64,000 nt of DNA from Pecten maximus. Taxonomy: Eukaryota. The notes under the pieces were generated by a model that had not been told where the DNA came from, did not search any database, and saw only the letters and a program-made list of their open reading frames with translations. Shown here one piece after another: positions 13,046-24,703 of the stretch. Where the stretch lies: assembly GCF_902652985.1 (NCBI RefSeq), contig NC_047019.1, positions 17,794,001 through 17,858,000 of the forward strand, read 5' to 3'. Position numbers and translations under genes: made by a program. How positions within the stretch are numbered: position 1 is the stretch's first letter; each line of letters opens with the position of its first letter.

Positions 13046-16000
13046 GTTGCCCACTTCTACAGACGGAGCTCCGGATGTATATAGTTACCCCACTATTACA
13101 GTAGGGTGACCTAGATGTATATAGTTACCCCACTATTACAGTAGGGGGACCCGGATGTGTATAGTTACCCCACTATTACAGTAGGGGGACCCGGATGTAT
13201 ATAGTTACCCCACTATTACAGTAGGGGGACCCGGATGTATATAGTTGCCCCGCTATTACAGTAGGGGGACCCGGATGTATATAGTTACCCCACTATTACA
13301 GTAGGGGGACCCGGATGTGTATAGTTACCCCACTATTACAGTAGGGGGACCCGGATGTATATAGTTTACCCCACTATTACAGTAGGGGACCCGGATGTAT
13401 ATTAGTTACACCCGCTATTACAGTAGTAGGGGACCCGGATTTGTGTCTAGTTACCCCACTATTACAAGGTAGGGGGACCCGGATGATATATTACCCCCAC
13501 TATTACAGTCGGTGAACCTAGATGTTATATAGTTACCCCACTATTTACAGTAGGGGGACCCGGAACTTGTGTATAGTTACACCACTATTACAGTAGGGGG
13601 ACCCGGATTGTATATAGTTACCCCACTATTTACAGTATGGGAGACCCGGATGTGTATAGTACCCCACTATTTACATTAGTGGGGACCCGGATGTACTATA
13701 GTTACCCACTATTACCAGTAGGGTGACCTAGATGTTATCATAGTTTTACCCCCACTATTACAGTAGGGGGACCCGGATGTGTATAGTTACCCCACTATTA
13801 CAGTAGGGGGACCCGGATGTATATAGTTACCCCACTATTACAGTAGGGTGACCTAGATGTATATAGTTACCCCACTATTACAGTAGGGGGACCCGGATGT
13901 ATATAGTTGCCCCGCTATTACAGTAGGGGGACCCGGATGTGTATAGTTGTCCAACTATTACAGTAAGAGGCCCCGAATTTGTATAGTTGTCCCACTATTA
14001 CAGTAAGATGCCCCGAATTTGTATAGTTGTCCCACTAAATACAGTAAGAGGCCCCGGATGCCCACGGCTATCCCACTACTACAATATAGAACTTAACCGG
14101 ATGTATTTATGGTTGTCCTACCGCTACAGTATGCAACCAAGTGTGTCTTTGGTTACATTGATACAATATTTGTATCCGTGTGCTTATGGTTGCTCCACTA
14201 CTGCAGTATAGAGCCCGGATGTATTTGATTGCCCCAGTGGGTGTCTATGGTTGCCAACTACTAGAGAATAGAGCCCCAGATGATGGACCCCCGGATGTCT
14301 GTGGTTGTCCTATTGCAACCTGATACAGAATCGAGTCCCGGATGTCTTTGGTTGTCCCAACACTACAGCCCGAAGTTGCAGATGTGTGGCTACCACTACA
14401 GCACGGAGCCCCAAATGTGTGTGACTGTCCAACCACTACAATATGGAGTCCCAGATGACTGTTGATGTCCACCACTACAGTATGGAGCCCCGGATGTCTG
14501 TGTCTGTCTATCCATTACAGTATGAAGTCCCAGATGTTTGTTGATGTCCCACCACTACAATATGGAGCCCCAGATGACTGTTGATGTCCCACTACTACAG
14601 TATGAAGCCCCAGATGTTTGTTGATGTCCCACCACTACAATATGGAGCCCCAGATGACTGTTGATGTCCCACCACTACAGTATGGAGCCCCAGATGTTTG
14701 TTGATGTCCCACCACTACAATATGGAGCCCCAGATGACTGTGGATGTCCACCACTACAGTATGGAGCCCCAGATGACTGTTGATGTCCACCACTACAGTA
14801 TGGAGCCCCGGATGTCTGTTGATGTCCACCACTACAGTATGGAGACCCAGATGACTGTGTCTGTCTATCCATTACAGTATGGAGTCCCAGATGACTGTGG
14901 ATGTCCCACCACTACAATATGGAGCCCCGGTTGTCTGTGTCTGTCTATCCATTAGAGTATGGAGCCCCGGATGTCTGTGTCTGTCTATCCATTACAGTAT
15001 GAAGTCCCACATGTTTGTTGATGTCCCACCACTACAATATGGAGCCCCAGATGACTGTTGATGTCCACCACTACAGTATGGAGCCCATGATGACTGTTGA
15101 TGTCCACCACTACAGTATGGAGCCCATGATGACTGTTGATGTCCACCACTACAATATGGAGCCCCGGATGTCTGCGATGTCCCACCACTACAGTATGGAG
15201 CCCCGGATGTCTGTGTCTGTCTATCCATTACAGTATGAAGTCCCAGATGTTTGTTGATGCCCCACCACTACAATATGGAGTCCCAGATGACTGTTGATGT
15301 CCACAACTCCAATATGGAGCCCCGGATGTCTGTGATGTCCCACCACTACAGTATGGAGCCCCGGATGTCTGTGTCTGTCTATCCATTACAGTATGGAGTC
15401 CCAGATGTTTGTTGATGCCCCACCACTACAGTATGGAGTCCCAGATGACTGTTGATGTCCACCACTACAATATGGAGCCCCGGATGTCTGTGTCTGTCTA
15501 TCCATTACAGTATGAAGTCCCAGATGTTTGTTGATGCCCCACCACTACAGTATGGAGCCCCAGATGACTGTGTCTGTCTATATCCATTAGAGTATGGAGC
15601 CCCGGATGTCTGTGTCTGTCTATCCATTACAGTATGGAGTCCCAGATGTCTGTGGATGTCCCACCACTACAGTATGGAGTCCCAGATGACTATTGATGTC
15701 CCACCACTACAGTATGGAGTCCCAGATGTTTGTTGATGCCCCACCACTACAGTATGGAGTCCCAGATGACTGTTGATGTCCACCACTACAATATGGAGCC
15801 CCGGATGTCTGTTGATGCCCCACCACTACAGTATGGAGCCCCGGATGTCTGTGTCTGTCTATTCATTACAGTATGGAGTCCCAGATGACTGTGGATGCCC
15901 CACCACTACAGTATGGAGTCCCAGATGACTGTTGATGTCCACCACTACAATATGGAGCCCCGGATGTCTGTGATGTCCCACCACTACAGTATGGAGCCCC

Positions 16001-17310
16001 GGGTGTCTGTGATGTACCACTACTACAGTATGGAGCCCCAGATGTCTGTGGATGTCCCACCACTACAGTATGGAGCCCCAGATGACTGTGGATTTCCCAC
16101 CACTACAGTATGGAGCCCCGGGTGTCTGTGATGTCCCACCATTACAGTATGGAGTCCCAGATGTCTGTTGATGTTCCACTACTACAGTATGGAGCCCCGG
16201 ATGTCTGTAATGTCCCACCACTACAGTATGGAGTCCCAGATGACTATTGATGTCCCACAACTACAGTATGGAGTCCCAGATGACTGTGACTGCCCCACCA
16301 TTAGAGTATGGAGTCCCAGATGAATGTGGATGTCCCACCATTAGAGTATGGAGCCCCAGATGACTGTGGATTTCCCACCACTACAGCATGGAGCCCCGGG
16401 TGTCTGTGTCCCACTGGTCTGTGATGTCCCACCACTACAGTATGGAGTCCCAGATGACTGTGTCTGTCTATCCATTACAGTATGGAGTCCCAGATGTCTG
16501 TTGATGTCCACCACTACAGTATGGAGTCCCAGATGACTGTGGATTTCCCACCACTACAGTATGGAGCCCCGGATGTCTGTGAATGTTTAACCACTACAGC
16601 ATGGAGCCCGGATGTGTTTAGTTGTCCCACTTCTACAGCATGGAGGCCCGGATGTGTATAGTTGCCCAACCAATACAGCATAGAGTCCGGATGTGTTAGT
16701 TGCCCCACTACTAGAGCATGGAGCCCCGGATGTGTATAGTTGCCCCTACTACAGCATAAATCCGGATGTATATAGTCGCCCCAATTCTACATCATGGAGC
16801 CCTGGATGTATATACTCGCCCCACTACTACATCATGGAGCCCGGAAGTATATAGTCGCCCCACTACTACATCATGGAGCCCCGGATGTATATAGTCTCCT
16901 CATTACTACATCATGGAGCCCCGGATGTATATAGTCGCCCCACTACTACATCATGGAGCCCCGGATGTATATATTCGCCCCGCTACTACAGCATGGAGCC
17001 CGGATGTATATACTCGCCCCACTACAACATCATGGAGCCCCGGATGTATATAGTCGCCCCACTACAACATCATGGAGCCCCGGATGTATATAGTCTCCTC
17101 ACTACTACATCATGGAGCCCCGGATGTATATAGTCGCCCCACTACTACATCATGGAGTCCGGATGTATATAGTCGCCCCACTACTACATCATGGAGCCCC
17201 GGATGTATATATTCGCCCAGTACTACATCATGGAGCCCCGGATGTATATATTCGCCCCGCTACTACATCATGGAGCCCCAGATGTACATAGTCGCCCCAC
17301 TACTACAGTA
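13046..17310. repeat. Composite ~40-bp minisatellite with three related subfamily blocks
   Basis: Block A ~13070-14060 (CCGGATGTATATAGTTACCCCACTATTACAGTAGGGGGAC). Block B ~14430-16600 (CCACCACTACAGTATGGAGCCCCAGATGACTGTTGATGT). Block C ~16600-17310 (CCCACTACTACATCATGGAGCCCCGGATGTATATAGTCGC). Confidence 0.97.
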
Positions 17311-17687
17311 CATACGTATACATTATATCTGTGTTTGTTACATATCCGAGTCTTATCTGTGTGGCATGGACAAATAGTAGATGAAAGGAGGTGACACAGC
17401 TTGTTTTCAAGGTTGCGGGAAAACCAGTTTCCGAGCACAAGTATTTTTTCTTCTAAATTATACTTGCATGATTAAATTTGCATTTCATGCATTTCAATAA
17501 CTGTCAAATGGATTTGCTGGACGTAAAGTTCTAACCTATCGACTGCATATGTTAATACAGAATTAAAGAACCCGAGAAGCAAACTAAAAATAAGCATGAA
17601 AAGCTAAAAATGTTTACAGTACCATTTTGTAGTTTCAATGTAATTGCATTTCTATTAATGAAAAATGTGACTTTCGGTCAGCGAAAG

Positions 17688-17790
17688 GAAACGCTGACAC
17701 CATGTATAAACAAACACGAGAAAACGCTGACACCATGTATAAACAAACACGAGAAAACGCTGACACCATCTATAAACAAACGAGAAAACA
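17688..17790. repeat. 33-bp tandem repeat, ~3 copies (AAAACGCTGACACCATGTATAAACAAACACGAG)
   Basis: Directly visible; the translation repeats KTLTPCINKHE. Confidence 0.9.
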
Positions 17791-18359
17791 CTGCTAATGT
17801 GATTGACATTGAGCAATTTATTGTGCACAGAAAAGAAAAACTGGGCACATAACTGGATTACATACACCTATAAATTAAATACAAATCATCATATATATTT
17901 ATTCCGTGTCGTGAGCAGACGTTAAACTAACTGGACACGATATCACATCGGTCAGTTTTGACCATCGTAATTGGACATAACTCACCGGCAAATATCCCTA
18001 CAAAATACGGTAACATGTACACATCCTGTTTTCAGAAAGACTCGTAGTGAAGACTCTGGTATGTTTCAGACCAAAAAAAAGTAAAAACCGATTAAACCAT
18101 TTCAGTCTTTTACAAGGCACTAGTTATATCGCTATGACATGACGATGTCCGATTCTCGAGTCCCCTATTGTATGCAACGTGTGTTTCCAAGGAGAATGTC
18201 CACGATATATTTCCATGGATACCATCTCGGATTTCAAAGATTTTTCCTACGACACGAACTGATGACGAAGTACACAATATACATCGAACACACCCGATTC
18301 TGGATGAATGTTCAGCAATATCACTAACAAAGTCTCGAAAAACAGTAACCACCCCGGGT

Positions 18360-19112
18360 CTACTCCGCATCAACGATGAGTGGCGCGATGTACGGGGAGT
18401 GGTGAATCCCGAAGCTGTAGTTAGGAGCTGCCCTTTTGTTGATTCTGACCGTCTCCGGGGAGTGAGCCCCTGGGCCGGGTTTCTGTGTACTATCTCCGGG
18501 CATGGCATTGCGCGCGGTCATACTATACATCGGAGCCTTGTTTTTGTACGTACCAGGTGTGGTTGTTTTGTAAGTTCCGGGCCCGGGAGCCCCGGCAAGG
18601 TCTTCGCTAAAGTGGCCCCTGTTTTGGCGAGACTTCATGGAATATATTGGTGCCTGTGTCTTGCTGCTCTGTACGGTTTTACCAGTCATAGGTGGGAGAG
18701 AGTAGTGGTTAGGAGCGGGCACGTTATCCGTCCTTCGGTTCCGATGTCGGGCACCGAAGCTGTACGCAGCAGGACGGAAGTGGGCTTGAGGTCCAACATG
18801 TTCAGGGCTGTATGCCCCAGGTCCGGGGACATTGAAGGTGGTGAGTTCCCTCTGGCGACCGTACACGGAGTAGTGTGGAGTTCCGTCCTTACCGTCACGG
18901 TAGTACTTGGTGAGGAAGTAACAGGGGCCAGGACTACAGTCATCCGTGAACTTTCCGTGACGTGTTCCGAACGAATAAGATGACCCTTTATGATGGACAC
19001 TCCGAGGGTCATGACCTTTTCCACCAATGATTCCCGGGAGGCCGTAACAGGGCCCGGGGCTACTGTACATGGCCGCTATAGGGGCCCGAGGTTTCGTATA
19101 ATTGTACACCAT
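18360..19112 (-). CDS. ODF3: Outer dense fiber protein 3 / CIMAP1 family (SHIPPO-repeat) protein, canonical-type, 250 aa, intronless CDS
   Basis: Hallmark motifs PRAPIAAMYSSPGPCYGLP, HDPRS, SPGPCY, DGTPHYS, VPGPGAYSPE, FSEDL..PGPGTY, PGDSTQKPGPGAHSPE and YSFGIHHSPY. AATAAA on the minus strand at 17903-17898. Confidence 0.96.
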   Translation of the reverse strand: MVYNYTKPRAPIAAMYSSPGPCYGLPGIIGGKGHDPRSVHHKGSSYSFGTRHGKFTDDCSPGPCYFLTKYYRDGKDGTPHYSVYGRQRELTTFNVPGPGAYSPEHVGPQAHFRPAAYSFGARHRNRRTDNVPAPNHYSLPPMTGKTVQSSKTQAPIYSMKSRQNRGHFSEDLAGAPGPGTYKTTTPGTYKNKAPMYSMTARNAMPGDSTQKPGPGAHSPETVRINKRAAPNYSFGIHHSPYIAPLIVDAE

Positions 19113-19347
19113 TTTGCTAACGTTTTTCTTCCTACACTATTGCCGTAATGTACTCCAATTCACAGTTCTATTTTTCAAAAACACGAAATTCAGTTCATAT
19201 TTCTTACGTATCTTTTCCAAATCACAAAAAATACTTCTTCAATATCTTAGTGAAGATGATTCCTTGACGAGAAATATAAGTGTCGGTTGTGTTAGCTCCT
19301 TGTCGTGTGTTTAGACCATAATGTCTGATGTTTGACACTCAAAGCCG

Positions 19348-19361
19348 GTATCCTAGGTAAG
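19348..19361. promoter_or_regulatory. X-box-like palindrome upstream of the second ODF3 paralogue
   Basis: GTATCCTAGGTAAG resembles the RFX GTNNCCTAGGNAAC class with mismatches, ~240 bp upstream of the ATG. Confidence 0.35.
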
Positions 19362-20297
19362 GAACACACTAGAACGCTCCACACTTGGAAAGTTCGATAT
19401 ATACATGGACTCTATACATAATTAATCGCCAACCGTTAGCAGTCTGACAAATGAATGTTGGCGCGGTGCCTTACCAATTTCTATAGTCCGTCTATCAGCC
19501 ATTCTGTACTTTTCGATATAGTGGAGTTTTTATCGGGTATTTGGTTAGACCCAATTCAAAAGAAGTGTCTGCGCATGAGTTATCGATAAAATTGTATTTG
19601 GTATTATATTTTTCAATGGTTATCAAAGTGTGAGATCTGTAGATTGGTAACCAGTTAAATATACTAGACATATCCCATGGAAGAGCCAGTAAGCATGTCG
19701 GATTGTTTGACTGTTGAACAGTGACACGGTTAGGGTGACCAAATTAAGCCAGGGGAAACAGAGCTCTGTTACCAACACAAAGATGTATATATACTTTATA
19801 TGATTTTTTATAGAAAGCTCAATATATTGACGGACAATCGCCCATTGGCTGATTGATACAATGTAGGTATTACTGTCTTTCACTTAAGGTGGTAGTTCTC
19901 TTCTATATTTCAATGTATAAGTAATGTTACATGTAAATAATCAACATAAATATTTTATAACTAGTACCTAGAGTAGATATCGTGTAGTCAGCATATTTTA
20001 AACACTACAATATATAAATGTACATATTACAATTAATATATCACATTTCAAACCGGACTGTAGGCGGAGGCTGTACGTATAGCGATACAGGAGACCGTTA
20101 ATTATTGTCTGTTCAGTCGCGGAACATATATATGACCTATTGTCTCGTATTCATTGATATGTCAATACCATGAGTATAAAACCCTTTACAACTAACACAA
20201 TAGGTGGACCAACACATTGTACGGAGTTCATCATAATTAAAAAAAATGTCTTTCATGTAGATCAACGGGGATTTTGTTTGGAATTAGACAAGATTTA

Positions 20298-22020
20298 TAC
20301 AGCGGTGAGGGGTGGGCGAGGTTCCGGGGATGTTTTGGGTGTATGATAGACATTTCCCCGTACAGCGGTGAGGGGTGAGCGAGGTTCCGGGGTTGGTAGG
20401 GATGTATGATAGACATTTCCCCGTACAGCGGTGAGGTGTGGGCGAGGTTCCGGGGATGGTAGGGGTGTATGATAGACATTTCCCCGTACAGCGGTGAGGG
20501 GTGGGCGAGGTTCCGGGGATGGTAGGGGTGTGTGATAGACATTTCCCCGTACAGCGGTGAGGGGTGAGCGAGGTTCCGGGGATGGTAGGGGTGTGTGATA
20601 GACATTTCCCCGTACAGCGGTGAGGGGTGGGCGAGGTTCCGGGGATGGTAGGGGTGTGTGATAGACATTTCCCCGGACAGCGGTGAGGGGTGGGCGAGGT
20701 TCCAGGATGGTAGGGGTGTGTGATAGACATTTCCCCGTACAGCGGTGAGGGGTGGGCGAGGTTCCGGGGATGGTAGAGGTGTGTGATAGACATTTCCCCG
20801 TACAGCGGTGAGGGGTGAGCGAGGTTCCGGGGATGGTAGGGGTGTGTGATAGACATTTCCCCGTACAGCGGTGAGGGGTGGGCGATGTTCCGGGGATGGT
20901 AGGGGTGTGTGATAGACATTTCCCCGTACAGCGGTGAGGGGTGGGCGAGGTTCCGGGGATGGTAGGGGTGTGTGATAGACATTTCCCCGGACAGCGGTGA
21001 GGGGTGGGCGAGGTTCCGGGGATGGTAGGGGTGTGTGATAGACATTTCCCCGTACAGCGGTGAGGGGTGTGCGAGGTTCCGGGGATGGTAGGGGTGTGTG
21101 ATAGACATTTCCCCGTACAGCGGTGAGGGGTGTGCGAGGTTCCGGGGATGGTAGGGGTGTGTGATAGACATTTCCCCGGACAGCGGTGAGGGGTGGGCGA
21201 GGTTCCGGGGATGGTAGGGGTGTGTGATAGACATTTCCCCGTACAGCGGTGAGGGGTGGGCGAGGTTCCGGGGATGGTAGGGGTGTGTGATAGACATTTC
21301 CCCGTACAGCGGTGAGGGGTGGGCGAGGTTCCGGGGATGGTAGGGGTGTGTGATAGACATTTCCCCGTACAGCGGTGAGGGGTGTGCGAGGTTCCAGGGA
21401 TGTTTTGGGTGTATGATAGACATTTCCCCGTACAGCGGTGAGGGGTGGGCGAGGTTCCGGGGATGGTAGGGGTGTGTGATAGACATTTCCCCGTACAGCG
21501 GTGAGGGATGGGCGAGGTTCCGGGGATGGTAGGGGTGTGTGATAGACATTTCCCCGTACAGCGGTGAGGGGTGGGCGAGGTTCCGGGGATGGTAGGGGTG
21601 TGTGATAGACATTTCCCCGTACAGCGGTGAGGGGTGGGCGAGGTTCAGGGGATGGTAGGGGTGTGTGATAGACATTTCCCCGTACAGCGGTGAGGGGTGG
21701 GCGAGGTTCCGGGGATGGTAGGGGTGTGTGATAGACATTTCCCCGTACAGCGGTGAGGGGTGGGCGAGGTTCCGGGGATGTTTTGGGTGTATGATAGACA
21801 TTTCCCCGTACAGCGGTGAGGGGTGGGCGAGGTTCCGGGGATGGTAGGGGTGTGTGATAGACATTTCCCCGGACAGCGGTGAGGGGTGTGCGAGGTTCCA
21901 GGGATGTTTTGAGTGTATGATAGACATTTCCCCGTACAGCGGTGAGGGATGGGCGGGGTTCCGGGGATGGTAGGGGTGTATGATAGACATTTCCCCGTAC
22001 AGCGGTGAGGGGTGGGCGAA
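20298..22020. repeat. GC/G-rich minisatellite, 63-bp unit (~27 copies)
   Basis: Unit CAGCGGTGAGGGGTGGGCGAGGTTCCGGGGATGGTAGGGGTGTGTGATAGACATTTCCCCGTA; the ORF track shows a 21-aa periodicity. Confidence 0.98.
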
Positions 22021-22379
22021 GTCTCCATATATAGTCCGGAAGTCCGATATATAAATCAAGGCTACATAGATTAAGCACGGAAATCTCGTAATATGTGAGG
22101 CACGTGGATTATTAATCGTTTACCCTTAAGTTTCAATGAAGGTTTATATATTTACCAGGAATGCTTTGTCTTTGTCTAGTCGTTTGTTGGTTGAATGCTA
22201 CACATTGGTTTCATACTTATGGTTCACATTACGCTTTTGTTGATAGTTAAACTTGAAGAGAGTTGAAATTATCAACGCATAATACGACAATTTAAAAACT
22301 TTACCAACTTTTATTTAACACCATGCAACAATCTTCTAAAATAACATCATCCACCGGATTGTATCATAATCCCACGTAC

Positions 22380-22920
22380 GATATATCATATCTTCTTACT
22401 CATCATCACCCAACATATCGTCATCTAACTTATCAACATCTAACATATTATCATCTGTCTCATCATCATCTAACATATCATCAGCTGTCTCATCATCATA
22501 TAACATATCATCAACTAACCCATCATCATCTAACAGATCATCATTTTACTAATCATCTAACATATCATCATCTGACTCATCATCACCCAACATATCATCA
22601 GCTGTCTCATCATCATATAACATATCATCAACTAACCCATCATCATCTAACAGATCATCATTTTACTAATCATCTAACATATCGTCATCTGTCTCATCAT
22701 CATCTATCATATTATCATCTAACTCTTTATCATCGAACATACCATCATCTAACTCATTATCATATAACATATCATCTAACTAATCATCATCAAACATATC
22801 ATCTAATTCATCATCACCTAATATATTATCATCCAAGTATCAACGTATCATAAGAAATATCATCATCAGTTATATCATGTAGGTTATCATAAACACTATA
22901 TATTATCATCGAACATATAA
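22380..22920. repeat. Low-complexity (CAT)n-derived repeat, ~15-bp unit CATCATCTAACATAT
   Basis: Directly visible; accounts for the His-rich ORF. Confidence 0.9.
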
Positions 22921-23296
22921 TAATCAAACTTATGATCCAACATTAAACCATCAAAAATTAACTCGGACTTTCGGACTATTGGGCCGTCGGACTATCGGAC
23001 CTCCGGAGTAATGGAGTGACGGTAAAAGTGAGCGGACACCTTACTTCCGAATGAGTCAAGCCTTACCGGTTCAGCGGAGTGATGGACCGGAAGGGGTACA
23101 CTTCCTGGAGTCAGATGTTGCTCCGTGCAGTGGAAGGACTCGGGCATGACCCGTTTTCTGTGGATGGGTTGACGGGGAGGGGATTTAGACATGACCCTGT
23201 GCAGCGGATGGGTGGACGGAGAAAGGGTATCACTTCCGGGAGGTGGCTGGGGGTTTGTTGGAGTGTCAGATTTGACCCATATATGGATTACTGGAA

Positions 23297-23535
23297 GGGG
23301 GTATCCCTTCATGAGGAATCGGACATGGCTCCGCTCAGGTGAGGGGTTGACCCTGGTGAGGGGGGTATCCCTTCATGAGGAATCGGACATGGCTCCGCTC
23401 AGGGGGTTGACTCTGGTGAGGGGGTAATCATTCAGGAGGAGTCGGACATGGGTCTGCTCAGGTGAGGGGTTGACTGTGGTGAGGGGGTAATCCAGGAGAG
23501 TCGGACATGGCTCCGCTCAGGTGTGGGGTTGAGGG
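23297..23535. repeat. ~60-bp G-rich tandem repeat, ~4 copies
   Basis: GAGGAATCGGACATGGCTCCGCTCAGGTGAGGGGTTGAC recurs four times with divergence. Confidence 0.85.
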
Positions 23536-24535
23536 GAGGGTTTTCACCTGACTCGTACAACGAAACGCATTGATGGACGGTAAGGGATAAAAAAAATTGT
23601 AAAAAACATCAGCTACTGCAATACCCTCATCACGTTCGGCTGGTCAATACATTTACATGTTCACAGCTTTACCATGGTGGTATGTATTTTCTAACTAGGA
23701 CCAGACCGAAGGGATTAGGGGGTTCAAGTTCAATGTTACCAAAAAGCCCTGAGGCCTATAAGTATACAAGATATATAACATTTAACATTATACGCAATAA
23801 AGATGTTGAGGGGTAGAGGCTAAGGGGTGGTGTGTTGGCGAGTGGGGGTCGGGGATAGCACTGATGAAAACAAATACAGGTTAGTTGAATGAGAATTAGA
23901 TTTTATGAAGTATACATATACTAGCATAACGTAAAAGGTACCAGAAATAGATTTGGAAAGTGTACGTGTACACACACACACACCTGGCGGACATGTTACA
24001 ATCGTACGTGATAGTACATAGATGCACGTCCTTGGTTAGTCATCCAAGGTTAAAAAAAAACAAGGATACAATTCAATTACTGTGTTTAATTTAATAAATT
24101 ATTTAACTCACCAATATGCTAATATTGTTACTCACTGTCGCTAAATAATTTCACTAAAACCAGAACAAGTTATACGCTACATTACATGGTTTCTAAATGA
24201 TTTTTTTGTTAAATTCATCATGAACGAAATTGTAGACCACCTTATAACACAGTGACGACCCTTGTCTATTCGTTTGACCATCGAATCAATAGTTGATACA
24301 CACATACAGGTATTTGTGTATACACATGTGAATGTCCTAATAGGTAAAGTAAATTCGTTTTAAATCAACAAATCAATTGAGATCGGTGGAATTTCTTTTG
24401 TGGTGTGTTTTCAAGACCGGTATATAATCTCGACCATAAAGGTGAGAGCGAGTTTCCCGTGCGCTACCCTCGCCAACCCAGACTGTACTAAGTGTATAAG
24501 CGGACTGCCCGCTTCCGTTGAGCTAATCTTCCTAC

Positions 24536-24600
24536 GTTGCTAGGAGCGTAACCAATCAAACGACAGATATTCCATTTTCCAGAGCGACGGTTGTATAAAA
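24536..24600 (+). promoter_or_regulatory. Core promoter of arginine kinase: RFX-like half site, CCAAT box, TATA box
   Basis: GTTGCTAGG at 24536, CCAAT at 24552, TATAAAA at 24594-24600, about 100 bp upstream of the ATG at 24704. Confidence 0.6.
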
Positions 24601-24703
24601 GCAAGCGAGAAGTTATACCATGTATCGGAGGTACCTAGACCAGCTAAACACACAAACTAGTCAGCTCATCTCGGAACAGCAGCAAATTACACAAAAAACA
24701 AAA

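Noticed and set aside
18168-18983. 271-aa plus-strand ORF
   Set aside because: Antisense shadow of the GC-rich ODF3 CDS with no recognisable protein features.
20237-22078. 613-aa and 591-aa repetitive ORFs
   Set aside because: Several frames are open only because the stop-free 63-bp unit is a multiple of three. A frame slip occurs mid-array and there is no gene context.
22323-22853. 176-aa His-rich ORF (possible metal-binding protein)
   Set aside because: Derived from a (CAT)n-like low-complexity tract that continues past the stop; no signal peptide or gene structure.
24620-24703. 28-aa in-frame N-terminal extension of AK from the ATG at 24620
   Set aside because: This ATG lies only ~20 bp after the TATA box, probably at or before the transcription start. 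The ATG at 24704 has the typical AAAATG context.
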